Assembly (NCBI GenBank): GCA_031370785.1
Contig: JANMQY010000050.1
Span: 1 to 31,990, forward strand
DNA: 31,990 nt
Reading direction: 5' to 3'
Origin: Candidatus Eiseniibacteriota bacterium
GTDB lineage: Bacteria; Eisenbacteria; RBG-16-71-46
Shown here: positions 6,698 through 16,777 of the stretch, in pieces
How positions within the stretch are numbered: the first letter of the stretch is position 1
Layout of the letters: every line of letters begins with the position of its first letter
The notes under the pieces: generated by a model
Told to the model about the DNA's origin: nothing
Seen by the model: the letters and a program-made list of their open reading frames with translations, nothing else
The model's database searches: none
Translations under genes and position numbers: made by a program

Positions 6698-9415
6698 TTA
6701 CCGGACGACGACCGCGCGCGTCGTGAGCGTGTGCCTGCCCTGCGACAGGCGCACCAGATAGACCCCCGATGAAAGCGTGCGGCCTTCGGCCAGGTTCAGC
6801 ACGTGACTTCCGGGTCCGAGCGCGCCGACTTCGCGCGTGACCACCATTCGTCCGGCGATGTCCATCACCTCGAGTCGCGCCGGCGAGGAGCCTGGAAGAG
6901 AAAACGCGATCGTGATGTCATTGCGCGCGGGGTTCGGGCGCGCGCCGGCCAGCGCGAACTGCGTGGTTCGCGGGACATCGACCCAGGTCTCACCCATGAA
7001 CGCCTCGCCCCCGGCCCGCTGCAGACCGAGTCGGTATCCGTAGCGCGCTCCGGCCACGACTTCGGAATCCTCGTAGATGATCTCCCCCCTCCCATTGGGC
7101 GAAATCAGGCCGAGTGATCTCCAGCCTTCATTCATCGTTCGCCTGTACACAGTCGCTGCGGCGTAGGACCGATCTGCGCTGAACCAGGTGAGCGTCACGC
7201 GATCCGGCGTGGCCAGCGTGCTCAGGAGCGAGAGCAGTGTGGGTGTGGTCAGATCGCCCATGGCAGCGATGCCGCTTTGTGTTTTGCCCCCCATGGACTT
7301 GAATTGCCCGCCCGCGAAGAGAGTCGACCCGCTGATCGTCAACGCGAGCACCGCGTCCCCAGCGTTGGGATTCCAGATGGTGGCCAGCCCGGTCGTAGTG
7401 TCGAGTGCCGCAAGGTGGTTTCTCGGCTGCGCGCCGATCGTGGAGAATTCCCCGCCCGCATAGACGGCGCTGCCGCTCACCAACACGGCATCGACGTATC
7501 CAGCCGGGTCTGGTTTCCATGTCGCCGGCGCGCCGGTCGTCGCATTCAGCGCGGCGATGTAATTTCGCAGATCGCCTCCGATGGAAGTAAAGTGACCGCC
7601 CACGTAGACGGTCGAACCATTCACGTCCAGGTCGAGCACTTCGGCGTCCGCATCCGCAACGAAGGCGGTCGCGAGGCCGGTCGCGGCATCGAGTCCGGCA
7701 ATCCGGAGCCGGCTCTGCCCGCCGATGGTGGTGAACCGCCCGCCTGCATAGACCGTCGCACCGCCGACCCCGATCGCATTCACGTAGTTGTCGGCGTTCG
7801 GGTCCCAGGCGGTCGCAAGACCGGTAGTCGCATCCAGCTCCGCGATAAAGGTGCGTGTCTGACCACCAATGCTCACGAACTCGCCGCCCGCATAGACGCT
7901 CGTGCCGCTCACCGCCAGGGCGCGGACCGAATCGCTCGCATCCGGGTTCCAGGCGGTGACAGTTCCAGAAGCATCGTCCAGTGCCGCGATGAAATGCCGC
8001 TCCTGACCTCCGATGTTCTGGAAGTCGCCACCCGCATACACCGTTGTCTCGCTCACTTCGAGTGCGCGGATGCCGCCGTCGGCGTTCGGGTTCCACGGTT
8101 TGACGAGGCCAGTGGGGACATCCAGCGCGGCGATGTAGTTCCGAGTCTGCCCGCCGGCAAACGTGAAGTAGCCGCCGGCACAGACCGTCGTTCCACTCAA
8201 CGCAATGGCGAAGACGGCGTCGTTCGTGCCGGGATTCCAGGTGGTCGCGAGCCCGGTTCCGGCATCCAGCGCCCCGAGGTAGCTCCGTGGCTGCCCGCCG
8301 ATGCTGGTGAAATATCCGCCCGCGAATACCGTGGTCCCGCCCACCGCAATGGCTCGGACTTCGGCGCTCGCGTTCGGATTCCAGGCCGTGGCGAGCCCTG
8401 TGCCGTCGTCGAGCGCGGCAAGGAAATCCCGAGACTGCCCGCCGATGCTGGTGAAGCTTCCGCCGGCGTAGACCGTCGTCCCGCTCACCGCGAGATCGAG
8501 AACTCTGCCGTTCGCACCAGGATCCCATGCGGTAGCCAGCCCGGTGCCGTCGTCCAGCGCCGCAATGTTGCTCCGCGGCACTTCGCCGATGCTGGTGAAG
8601 TTCCCACCGGCATAGATGGTGGTCCCGCTTACCGCCAGGGCGTATACCGGGCCGTTGGCAAACGGCGTCCAGCCGGTGGGGAATCCGGTCCCAGCGTCCA
8701 GCGCCGCGACGTAATACCGTATCTGCCCGCCGATGGTGGTGAAGTCACCGCCCACATAGACCCTCGTTCCGCTCACCACCAGCTCGAGAACAGAGCCGTC
8801 CGCGCTCGGGTCCCATGCAGTGGCGAGCCCCATCGCGGTGTCCAGCGCGGCAACAAAAGAACGCGCCTGCGCGCCAACGGTGCCGAAATCTCCCCCGACG
8901 TAGATCGTCGCCCCATCGCGCGCAAGCGTCCAGACGGAGCCATTCGCGTTCGGATTCCAGGGTGAGACGCTATTGTCAGACGTGATGTGCGCGAGGTTCG
9001 ACCTCGAGACCCCACCCACCGCATCAAAGCTGCCGCCAATGAACCAGCCGCCCGATCCGTCCGGCGTCGCCGCCTGCACCGTACCCCTGATCTTGGGGAA
9101 ACCGGCGATCAGGGCGCCGCTCGTGGCATCGATGGCGACGCACGGACCCGTCGCGGGGCCTACTCGCGTGAAGTCGCCGCCAATGTAAAGCGTGTTTCCG
9201 GAGACCACGGCCGCGCGCACTGTTCCATTCGTGACATCGAAGTTTTCGCGAACGATCTGGGCCTCTGCCGACCCATTGCTCAGCGCCGCGGTGACGATCG
9301 CACTCATGACCAGCAGCGCCAATCGAGCCATGACACGCCGCCGTCTCGGCAGAAAGCTACTGGCGAACACACTCACCATCTGCCCCGGGGCAACAGTTCG
9401 TAGCGGCCTCATCAT
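6698..9415 (-). CDS. Secreted beta-propeller repeat protein with an Fn3-like domain and a T9SS-CTD-like C-terminus
   Basis: GGGAGG RBS before ATGATG (9415/9412). Signal peptide ends AEA|Q. 14 repeats of ~48 aa, then TPTLLS...VTLTW...YRL, then ARPNPARNDITIAFSLP...MDIAGR...LSSGVYLVRL. Confidence 0.9.
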   Translation of the reverse strand: MMRPLRTVAPGQMVSVFASSFLPRRRRVMARLALLVMSAIVTAALSNGSAEAQIVRENFDVTNGTVRAAVVSGNTLYIGGDFTRVGPATGPCVAIDATSGALIAGFPKIRGTVQAATPDGSGGWFIGGSFDAVGGVSRSNLAHITSDNSVSPWNPNANGSVWTLARDGATIYVGGDFGTVGAQARSFVAALDTAMGLATAWDPSADGSVLELVVSGTRVYVGGDFTTIGGQIRYYVAALDAGTGFPTGWTPFANGPVYALAVSGTTIYAGGNFTSIGEVPRSNIAALDDGTGLATAWDPGANGRVLDLAVSGTTVYAGGSFTSIGGQSRDFLAALDDGTGLATAWNPNASAEVRAIAVGGTTVFAGGYFTSIGGQPRSYLGALDAGTGLATTWNPGTNDAVFAIALSGTTVCAGGYFTFAGGQTRNYIAALDVPTGLVKPWNPNADGGIRALEVSETTVYAGGDFQNIGGQERHFIAALDDASGTVTAWNPDASDSVRALAVSGTSVYAGGEFVSIGGQTRTFIAELDATTGLATAWDPNADNYVNAIGVGGATVYAGGRFTTIGGQSRLRIAGLDAATGLATAFVADADAEVLDLDVNGSTVYVGGHFTSIGGDLRNYIAALNATTGAPATWKPDPAGYVDAVLVSGSAVYAGGEFSTIGAQPRNHLAALDTTTGLATIWNPNAGDAVLALTISGSTLFAGGQFKSMGGKTQSGIAAMGDLTTPTLLSLLSTLATPDRVTLTWFSADRSYAAATVYRRTMNEGWRSLGLISPNGRGEIIYEDSEVVAGARYGYRLGLQRAGGEAFMGETWVDVPRTTQFALAGARPNPARNDITIAFSLPGSSPARLEVMDIAGRMVVTREVGALGPGSHVLNLAEGRTLSSGVYLVRLSQGRHTLTTRAVVVR
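7253..9229 (-). repeat. 14 tandem coding repeats of ~144 bp (beta-propeller blades)
   Basis: Consensus NGxVxALAVSGTTVYAGGxFTSIGGQxRxxxAALDxxTGLATAWxPxA, counted 14 times (the last is partial). Confidence 0.9.
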
Positions 9416-9740
9416 CGCAACCTCCCTGATCTTGAGTTCAGTTGCCGTCGAACATCGCCGGATGAAATGGAGTCTCTCATCGACTGTGAGAGCAGGTGGC
9501 TCTCGAGAGTCCCGTTTATCCTGGCTCGCGGATTGGATCGCAGGATAACCAGATGGTCGAGCAAATCGCCACCGGGCTCGAATCATGGGCAAACGGACTG
9601 CTTCGCGGGCGGGACCGGCGTTCGCGGCCGACCGGAAATCCGTCCCGATCTTCGCTTCTGTGGCTTCTCGTCGAGGTCTGGGCAATAGTCCCATGCTGAA
9701 AGCTCGGCGCTCTCGTAGCAAATCCAGGGAGGTACGCATC

Positions 9741-10169
9741 ATGAGCATCGTCACGAAGTGGTCGAACTGGGCCCCTCAGCTGCTGAGCGCGCTTCGTATC
9801 GTGGCCGCGTTCATCTTCTTTCTCTCCGGCTCGATGAAGATCCTCGCCTTCCCGGTGGGAATGCCGCCCAACGGTGGTACCGCGACGATCATGACTGAGA
9901 TCTGGATCGGGGGCATCCTCGAACTGGTGGGCGGTGGCCTGCTCCTGCTCGGTCTGTTCACCCGGCCGGTCGCCTTCGTGCTGGCGGGCGAGATGGCGGT
10001 GGCGTACTTCCAGTTTCACGCCCCCAAAGGCTTCTACCCGACGATGAACGGTGGGGTGGCCGCCGTACTGTATTGCTTCCTGTGGCTCTACTTCTCGGCC
10101 GCCGGCCCCGGCCCCTGGAGCCTGGACGCCATGCGGAATTCGAATCCCTCGCCAAGGGTGGCAGGGTGA
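9741..10169 (+). CDS. DoxX family membrane protein
   Basis: GGGAGG RBS and ATG 9741. Motifs LRIVAAFIF...GSMK, ELVGGGLLLLGLFTRPVAFVLAGEMAVAYF and GPGPWSLDA. 142 aa. Confidence 0.92.
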   Translation: MSIVTKWSNWAPQLLSALRIVAAFIFFLSGSMKILAFPVGMPPNGGTATIMTEIWIGGILELVGGGLLLLGLFTRPVAFVLAGEMAVAYFQFHAPKGFYPTMNGGVAAVLYCFLWLYFSAAGPGPWSLDAMRNSNPSPRVAG

Positions 10170-10266
10170 CCATGCCTTTGCAGAAGATCTTCTGGACCGA
10201 GGCGTTCGGGATGCTCATCGACCTCTTCGGCACGGGATGATCAACGGTGAGATGAAGAGCTCCTGA
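10139..10266 (+). pseudogene. C-terminal remnant of a PhnB/YjdN-like VOC family gene
   Basis: Reads FESLAKGGRVTMPLQKIFWTEAFGMLIDLFGT then shifts frame to MINGEMKSS*. This matches the family C-terminal pattern LxxGGxVxMPLxxxFWxxxFGMLxDxFGxxWMIN. No N-terminal part is present. Confidence 0.75.
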
Positions 10267-10312
10267 CGCCGCACGCGATGCTCGAGTTGGCCGACACTTC
10301 ACCGGGGGACCC

Positions 10313-10858
10313 ATGCTCAAGAAAATCGTCATCCTCATCGTCGTTCTGATTGCCGTCCTTCTCTGCTATGCCGCGACCAAGCCGGACACTTTCCGCGTCC
10401 AGCGCACGACCAGCATCAACGCTCCGCCCGAGAAGATCTTCGCGATCATCGACGACTTCCACAATTGGGGCTCGTGGTCACCCTGGGAGAAGCTGGACCC
10501 CGCGATGAAGCGGACATACAGCGGCGCGGCCAGCGGCCAGGGCGCGGTGTACGCGTGGGAAGGAAACAGCAAGGTCGGCGCAGGACGCATGGAGATCACC
10601 GATTCAGCTCCCCCCTCCAAGGTCACGATCAAGCTGGATTTCATCAAGCCGTTCGAAGGCCACGACATCGCTGAATTCACGCTGGAGCCCCCGGCAACGG
10701 CTGACACGTCCAGCCCCGTGACGACCGTCACTTGGGCCATGCATGGCCCCAATCCGTACGTCTCGAAGGTCATGCAGGTGTTCATGAACATGGACAGCAT
10801 GATCGGCAAGGATTTCGAGGACGGTCTGGCCAACCTGAAGAACGTCGCAGAAAAGTGA
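10313..10858 (+). CDS. SRPBCC (polyketide cyclase/START-like) family protein with N-terminal membrane anchor
   Basis: 181 aa; motifs KPDTFRVQR, INAPPEKIF, WSPWEKLDP, YAWEGN, GAGRMEI and MIGKDFEDGLANLK. Confidence 0.92.
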   Translation: MLKKIVILIVVLIAVLLCYAATKPDTFRVQRTTSINAPPEKIFAIIDDFHNWGSWSPWEKLDPAMKRTYSGAASGQGAVYAWEGNSKVGAGRMEITDSAPPSKVTIKLDFIKPFEGHDIAEFTLEPPATADTSSPVTTVTWAMHGPNPYVSKVMQVFMNMDSMIGKDFEDGLANLKNVAEK

Positions 10859-10876
10859 GCGGCCAGTCGTTCCGGG

Positions 10877-10903
10877 TGTCGATTTCGCCGACCCCTGTTC
10901 GAC
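10877..10903 (+). promoter_or_regulatory. Putative ECF42-type sigma promoter
   Basis: TGTCGA-17 nt-CGAC upstream of a DGPF/YciI remnant, resembling the TGTCGA...CG(A/T)C motif described for ECF42 targets, which are DGPF genes. Confidence 0.5.
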
Positions 10904-10968
10904 GTAAGAGCAGAGAGGCCGGGTTCAGGCGGCGCAGCGACCGTGCGAGCCCTCGACTCCCGGACTGC

Positions 10969-11106
10969 GTGCTGCTCGCGCTCGACGGCCTCCACCCGCC
11001 TTCGATGGGCGCGCGCGTTTCCTTTCCCGGCGGAAAGCCCAAGGTGACCGATGGGCCCTTCACCGAGGCGAAGGAAGTGCTCGGCGGCTACTGGATGATT
11101 CAGGTG
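10969..11106 (+). pseudogene. Internal fragment of a YciI/DGPF family gene
   Basis: VLLALDGLHPPSMGARVSFPGGKPKVTDGPFTEAKEVLGGYWMIQV carries the family signature. The usual N-terminus and the C-terminal helix/strand are absent. Confidence 0.8.
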
Positions 11107-11153
11107 ACCCCACCTTCGTCGGCGAGCGCGCCAGATCGAAAGGGCACCTCTTC

Positions 11154-11741
11154 CTACACCTTCGTCTTCGCCCAGATCGATGCCTTCTTTGCCCAGCTCG
11201 TGTCCGTATAGCGCCTGGCGAACGCCTTCGCAGTTTCCTCGAGCGCGGCAGCGTCGTGGCTTCCCTTGTAGCGCGCCACTCCCGCCCAGTACAGCGCCTC
11301 CGGAGCGGCGTCACCCTCCGGGAAGCGCTCGAGCACTTCACGAAAGCGGCGTTCCGCCTCCTTCCAGTCTTCGCGCTTGAATGTGGCATGGCCGAGGCCA
11401 AGCATCAGCTGCGCGAGGAAGTCGTCGGCGGGGAGAAACCCCTCGATGCGGTGCCGCTCGACGCCATCGGGGTCGAGCTCGAGGATGGTCGGCGTCCATT
11501 GTGCGCTGAAGCGTTCACCCAAGCGCTTGAAGTCCTCGGCCTGCTCCTTCACGTGGACTCGCGCCGGAATGAAGTTCTCCGTGATGAAGCGCGAGACGCG
11601 TTCGTCCGGGTAGACCTCGGCATCCAGCCGAGCACATCCCCCTCACATCGGAGCCGCGCTGAAGTCGAGCAGCACCAGGCGGCGCCGCTCCCTGGCCTCT
11701 TCGAGCACGCGGTCGACATCGTGCCTCCAATTGATGTTCAT
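11154..11741 (-). CDS. Probable selenoprotein: thioredoxin-like domain (UxxC) fused to a TPR-like helical domain
   Basis: AAGGGAG RBS and ATG 11741 give MNINWRHDVDRVLEEARERRRLVLLDFSAAPM-TGA(11645-11643)-GGCARLDAEVYPDERV..., in frame with ORF 11154..11552 (WTPT cis-Pro loop, APEALYWAGVARY). 195 aa with Sec at position 33. Confidence 0.88.
11608..11642 (-). promoter_or_regulatory. Putative bacterial SECIS element
   Basis: Sequence after the UGA is GGGGGAU-GUG-CUCGGC-[UGGAU]-GCCGAG-GUCUACCC. It has a perfect 6-bp upper stem and a G at loop position 2, with 16 nt between the UGA and the apical loop. The lower stem is GGGGGAU/GUCU(A)CCC. Confidence 0.75.
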
Positions 11742-11850
11742 CGCTACTCCCTTCTCTGGGAAACAGAACCCAGTCCACGGAACGGGGGCGTCCGGACGGC
11801 ATGTTACACCTCGCGGAGCGAACGGGAGCACGATCGTCGGCGGACGCGCC

Positions 11851-13098
11851 TCAGGCGGCGATGCGGAGCTCTGAGCTGTTCGAGGCGACCCGGTAGAGCA
11901 GTTGCGCCAGCGCCGAGGCACCATCGGTCCGCTCGAGACTCGCCTTGATCCTGCGAGCGGTGTCGGCGAAGTGCGGACTCGACAGAACGAACTGGATGGC
12001 CCGCGCGAGTTTCGTCGCGGTCAGGGAGGAGCGCGGTATGGGGCGAACTCCCAGCCCCCGCACGTGAATCTGGTGGCCCCAGTAGAACTGGTCGGCGATG
12101 TGCGGAACGACGATCTGGGGCACCCCGGCGCGCGCGGCCGCCGCGGTGGTTCCGGCGCCGCCATGATGTACCGCGAGGGCGACGCGCGGCAGCAGTCGCG
12201 CGTGAGAGGTCGAGCGAGCCACGAACACGGTGGACGGCAGGTCTTCTCCGCCGAGTCCTCCCCAGCCCGAAAAGATGACGCCGCGGCGGTGGCACAATTC
12301 GAGCGCCTCGACGATCAAGCGCGTCGTGCGCCCCGGATCACCGTTGGGCATGCTCCCGAAGCCGATGTAGACAGGCGGCTCGCCTTCGCCGAGGAAGCGC
12401 TCGAGCTCAGGGCTGAGCGTGCCGTCGGCGGCGAGTGCGAGCGAGCCGGTCTGGACGATCGCGCTGGGTGCGTCGGGCGGCAATCCGCCGAGCGCTCCGT
12501 CCGATGCGACGATCGCGCAGTCGTGCACCAGGTAGCCCGACACATCACGGATGCCGGGAAGGCCCCAGCCGCCCCGGCAACGATTGATGGTGTCTTGAAG
12601 CGTGAACTCGATCCCGCACCGAGCCGCCCGCCACAGGAGTTGGTTGCAGGCATGCGGCAGTGAGAACCACGGGGCGCCGGGCGGCGGATGGAACCGCGAG
12701 GGAATGAGCTGCGGGCAGAACAGCAGAGTCCGATGCGGCACGCCGAGGACCTCGGCGACGGACGGCGCGGCCGCATGCACGCCGGCGACGATCAGGTCCG
12801 CTCCGCGAGCGGCGGCGAGCGTGTGATCGAACGCGAGCTCCGCATCCTCCCGGAGATACCGCACGGACGACGAGAGGAATCGAGCGGGGTCGTCGATCAT
12901 CGCGCCGTGGTTCCGGATCCACGCTTCGATGTCGAGTCCGACCGCGTGGAACTCCAGTCCTTGCCCTCGCACCCAGTCCGCGAAACCGGCCGACGCGCCG
13001 ATGACGACCTCGTGCCCGTCGGCGCGCAGCCGGGTCCCGAGAGCTACCATGGGCTGGACGTCGCCCCTGGTTCCGAACGCTGCGAGCAGGATTCTCAT
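11851..13098 (-). CDS. GT-B glycosyltransferase, family 1 (sterol/glycopeptide glycosyltransferase-like)
   Basis: 415 aa; motifs GTRGDVQP, PVYIGFGSM and HHGGAGTTAAAARAGVPQIVVPHIADQFYWG. Confidence 0.93.
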   Translation of the reverse strand: MRILLAAFGTRGDVQPMVALGTRLRADGHEVVIGASAGFADWVRGQGLEFHAVGLDIEAWIRNHGAMIDDPARFLSSSVRYLREDAELAFDHTLAAARGADLIVAGVHAAAPSVAEVLGVPHRTLLFCPQLIPSRFHPPPGAPWFSLPHACNQLLWRAARCGIEFTLQDTINRCRGGWGLPGIRDVSGYLVHDCAIVASDGALGGLPPDAPSAIVQTGSLALAADGTLSPELERFLGEGEPPVYIGFGSMPNGDPGRTTRLIVEALELCHRRGVIFSGWGGLGGEDLPSTVFVARSTSHARLLPRVALAVHHGGAGTTAAAARAGVPQIVVPHIADQFYWGHQIHVRGLGVRPIPRSSLTATKLARAIQFVLSSPHFADTARRIKASLERTDGASALAQLLYRVASNSSELRIAA

Positions 13099-13204
13099 GG
13101 CCTTGTTTCGGCAGATTCGGACCGGCGCTTCACGACTCCGCGGCTCGAATGGCGCGACCGCGCGGGGGTGTGGTTCGCTCCGCCGTAGTCCATTCAGTGC
13201 CGGC

Positions 13205-16200
13205 CTACCCCAGCAGGTAATCCAGATCCTTCTGGGTCAACGTGCGAGCGAAGCCGTCCTCACCGAGCACGTCCGCCACCAGCGCCGCCTTGCGCTGCTG
13301 GAGCTCGGAGATCCTCTCCTCGATGGTGCCCGCCGCCAGCATGCGGTAAGCGATCACGGTGCGGGTCTGGCCGATGCGGTGGGCGCGGTCGATGGCCTGC
13401 GCCTCGACCGCGGGGTTCCACCACGGATCGAACAGCACGACGTCGCTGGCCGCGGTCAGGTTGAGTCCGGTGCCCCCGGCCTTGAGTGAGATCAGAAACA
13501 CGCAGGGCTCGGGATCGGTTTCGAAGGCGGTAATGACCGCTTCTCGCCGAGTCGTGGATCCGGTCAGCATGTGATGATCGATCCTGCGTCGCTTCATCTC
13601 GATCGCGAGCAACTTGAGACATTCCACGAACTGCGAGAACACCAGAACCTTGCGGCCCTCGGCGAGCAGCGGCTCGAGAATCTCGAACAGCGCGTCGAAT
13701 TTACCGGACCCCAGGTTCTCGCGGCCACCGATCAGTGCGGGATGGCAGCATACCTGCCTCAGACGGGTGAGCGCGGCGAGGATCTCGATCCTGTGTCCCA
13801 TCACACCGTCGGGCGAGGCCTTGAGTCGCGCGATGGTCTCGCGGCCACGCATCAATTCCGCGAGGTAGAGCTTGCGCTGGCCGGGTGTGAGCTCGCACTC
13901 GAGCCGTTCCTCAATCCGATCGGGCAGCTCGGTCGCCACCTGATCCTTCAGGCGCCGAACCATCACCGGCCGCAATCGCGCCGCGAGCAATCGTCGCGTG
14001 TGAGAGGGCGAGTCGGGACGGTCGTAGCGCTTGATGAACGCGGTCCTGCGACCCAGGTAGCCCGGATTCACGAACTGCATGATGCTCCACAGATCGAGCG
14101 CGCGGTTCTCGATCGGGGTTCCGGTGAGGGCCAGACGGTGCGGCGTGTTCAACTCCAGCACGGCGCGGCTCACCGCGGCGTTCGGATTCTTGATGTTCTG
14201 CGCCTCGTCGAGGATCGCGGCGCGCAGGCGAATCGAGCGCCAGCGCTCGATATCCCGCCGCAACAGTGCATAGTTGGTGATCACCAGGTCGTGGTTCGGA
14301 ACTTCGCGGCGCAGCGCGTGGCGCTCCTCCCCGCTGGTGAGCGCCAGCACTCGAAAGTGCGGAGTGAAGCGCTCGGATTCGCGCTGCCAGTTGTGAACCA
14401 CGGACGCCGGACACACGACCAGCACCGGCCCGCCCTGCGGGTCGCGCTCGCGCAGCCATTCGATCCACGCCAGCGCCTGAACGGTTTTGCCGAGACCCAT
14501 GTCGTCGGCGAGCACCGCCCCCAACCCGAGGCCGGTTACGAACGCGAGGAAGTCGAGTCCGTCACGCTGGTATGGACGCAGGATCGCCTTGAGTCGCGCG
14601 GGGACCGGAACGCGCGGCATGCCCTCGTAGGCGCGCACCTTGTCGCGCAGCCGCTCGATCTCGCGCACGGTGCGCGGATCGCCGCCGAGCTGCTCCAGCG
14701 CGGCCAGACTCTCCGGCCGAGCCTGCGCGAGCTGCGCGACCGTGATCCGCTGCTCGGTCTCGCCGATCTCGATACCGAGATCCGCGAGCATCTCAGCCGC
14801 GGCGTCGTAGGTCTGGACCAGGTCGCGTCGTGCCCAGCCGGAGGCGAGCTTCACGAACCGGGTCCGTGCGGTCCTCAACTTCTTGAGATCGGCTTCGCTG
14901 AGCGCGAGCCCTTCGGCCTGCCACTCCGCGGAAACCGTGAACCAGTCGACCCCACTGGCAACGATCGTCACGCGCGGCCGGATGGCGCGCTTCTCGCCGA
15001 GCAGATCCCGCATCCGCGTGTTGCCAAAGAACACGACATCGCGCGGGCGCCCCTCCCACGCGTCGGCAAGCGTGTCGAGATTGCGCGCGCCAAGGTGGAT
15101 CCACCCGCCACGCTCATCGGTATCCGCGGCGGCAGAGCCGTCCGCCTTGCCCCGAAGTCTGGCGACGATCGGCAGCTGGCTGAGCCAGTGACGCGCCGAC
15201 TCGAGCCGCACTGGATCAGGCACCTCGACCCAGAAGGGCTGTGTCCCCTCCGGCCCGGCCTCCGCATCCAGCGGCGCGGGCGCGGGCGACGGTTCCGCGG
15301 GTAGATCGTCCGGCACTGCGCCGTCCGGATCGTCGTTGCGGTCTGCGAGGCGTGCGAGCTCGGCAGTCTGCTCCATCTGCTCCCTGGTCTCGAGCCGCAG
15401 CCACTGTCCATCGGCGCCGAGCTCGAAGGCCACCACGCCCGGCTCCTCGAGCCCCGGATGCCATGCATCGTCCCCGGTATGAGCGAACAGCCGAATCCGC
15501 AGCCAGTCGTCGGGATCGAGGTCGAGCGTGATGAGCGGCCGTGCGCGGTGCACGCGCATGTGCGGCGCATCCGAGCTGGCGACGCTCGCGAAGCTCGTGG
15601 CGAGCACCTCGAGAAAGCGGGTGCGCCCGGTCTCGGGGACGAGCAGGCTTCCGGTGCTGGCAAGGCGCTTCATCAGATGGGGCGGCGGCTCCTCCGCCAC
15701 TCGCCAGAACATGCCGTCGGCGAGCACCAGGCTCGGGTGCCACGGGTCGTCCGAAGGGAAGTAAACGATCTCGTCCAGCCTCTTCAGTGGTCCGTCCGGC
15801 CAGCGCGCCGCGAGCATGATCCGCATCTCCGCGCCTTCTCCGGCGGACACCGGCACGATGTCGAGCGCAGCATCCCCCAGCCGAAGCCGCGCACCAGGGG
15901 CCAGGCCCCTCGCCACATCGCCAGGAGCGCGCTCCCCTTCCTCCCAGGTCACCAGCGCCGAGTTGGAAAAGCTGTCGAGCAGCCGGTTGATCGTCCTCGC
16001 CCTGAGCCCGAATCGTGTGCCGCCCGCGAGGCGCTCCGCCTGAGCCGCGGCTCGCGAGAGCACGCGCAGGAGTCGCGCATGCGGCGGCGCGAGAATCAAC
16101 GGATCCGCGCGGAGATCCGACGCCAGCTGGAGGATCTGCTGCATCGATCGCGGCGCATCGACGACCCGCGCCGTGGTGACGCGGACTTCCATCCAGACGA

Positions 16201-16774
16201 GCGAACCTTCGGTCTCGTCCCGACAGAGACCGAACACCGCGCGCAGGGTTCGCTTCGGCGTTTCGGCGTGCTGGCGCGCCCAGTGTTCGAGGTCCTTGGC
16301 CAGATCCGCGCGTTCACGTTCCGCGAGGCGCCGGTCGTCTCGAGGATCGACTCCCCGGAACGAATGCTGCCACGTCGCATTCGCGCGATCGTCGCGAGCC
16401 TGCGCGCGTGCCGTGCTGTCGGCTTTTGCGACGCTGTCGTGTCGCGCGGCGTCGATCGCCTGCGCGAGCGCATAGGCGTGGGCGCAGACCGGGGCGGCCG
16501 CGCACGTGCAGCGCGGCGTGGCGCGGTCGCCGTCCCACCGCCATGCGGTCCGATAGCTCCGGCTTCCGCCCACGCTGGCGCCGATCCGCTCCGCTTCCAC
16601 CTCGAGCGGTCCCACGCGACCCTCGGCGAGGAGCGCGCGTCCTCGACTCTGGACGTGGGATGGGAAGTGCTCGGCGTCGCTGCGAATGGCGTTGATCATC
16701 TCCGGCGCGAGCGCATCGATCGATGGTTGAGCTGTCACGCGCAAGACTGTGCGGCACAGCGCGAAGAGGCGCAA
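13205..16774 (-). CDS. SWIM zinc finger + SNF2-family helicase/ATPase
   Basis: SWIM motif CTC...CAH. Helicase motifs [38 protein letters not shown] and [11 protein letters not shown]. The start is uncertain (TTG 16774 or a codon slightly downstream). Confidence 0.93.
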   Translation of the reverse strand: MRLFALCRTVLRVTAQPSIDALAPEMINAIRSDAEHFPSHVQSRGRALLAEGRVGPLEVEAERIGASVGGSRSYRTAWRWDGDRATPRCTCAAAPVCAHAYALAQAIDAARHDSVAKADSTARAQARDDRANATWQHSFRGVDPRDDRRLAERERADLAKDLEHWARQHAETPKRTLRAVFGLCRDETEGSLVWMEVRVTTARVVDAPRSMQQILQLASDLRADPLILAPPHARLLRVLSRAAAQAERLAGGTRFGLRARTINRLLDSFSNSALVTWEEGERAPGDVARGLAPGARLRLGDAALDIVPVSAGEGAEMRIMLAARWPDGPLKRLDEIVYFPSDDPWHPSLVLADGMFWRVAEEPPPHLMKRLASTGSLLVPETGRTRFLEVLATSFASVASSDAPHMRVHRARPLITLDLDPDDWLRIRLFAHTGDDAWHPGLEEPGVVAFELGADGQWLRLETREQMEQTAELARLADRNDDPDGAVPDDLPAEPSPAPAPLDAEAGPEGTQPFWVEVPDPVRLESARHWLSQLPIVARLRGKADGSAAADTDERGGWIHLGARNLDTLADAWEGRPRDVVFFGNTRMRDLLGEKRAIRPRVTIVASGVDWFTVSAEWQAEGLALSEADLKKLRTARTRFVKLASGWARRDLVQTYDAAAEMLADLGIEIGETEQRITVAQLAQARPESLAALEQLGGDPRTVREIERLRDKVRAYEGMPRVPVPARLKAILRPYQRDGLDFLAFVTGLGLGAVLADDMGLGKTVQALAWIEWLRERDPQGGPVLVVCPASVVHNWQRESERFTPHFRVLALTSGEERHALRREVPNHDLVITNYALLRRDIERWRSIRLRAAILDEAQNIKNPNAAVSRAVLELNTPHRLALTGTPIENRALDLWSIMQFVNPGYLGRRTAFIKRYDRPDSPSHTRRLLAARLRPVMVRRLKDQVATELPDRIEERLECELTPGQRKLYLAELMRGRETIARLKASPDGVMGHRIEILAALTRLRQVCCHPALIGGRENLGSGKFDALFEILEPLLAEGRKVLVFSQFVECLKLLAIEMKRRRIDHHMLTGSTTRREAVITAFETDPEPCVFLISLKAGGTGLNLTAASDVVLFDPWWNPAVEAQAIDRAHRIGQTRTVIAYRMLAAGTIEERISELQQRKAALVADVLGEDGFARTLTQKDLDYLLG

Positions 16775-16777
16775 GCG

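Noticed and set aside
7253..9229. CRISPR array or non-coding tandem repeat
   Set aside because: The repeats are degenerate, in-frame 144-bp protein-coding units with no identical repeat/unique spacer structure, and there are no cas genes.
11154..11552. Stand-alone 132-aa TPR protein plus a separate upstream short ORF, or a nonsense pseudogene
   Set aside because: The stop is TGA exactly at the catalytic Cys position with a SECIS-like hairpin behind it, so Sec read-through is the simpler explanation.
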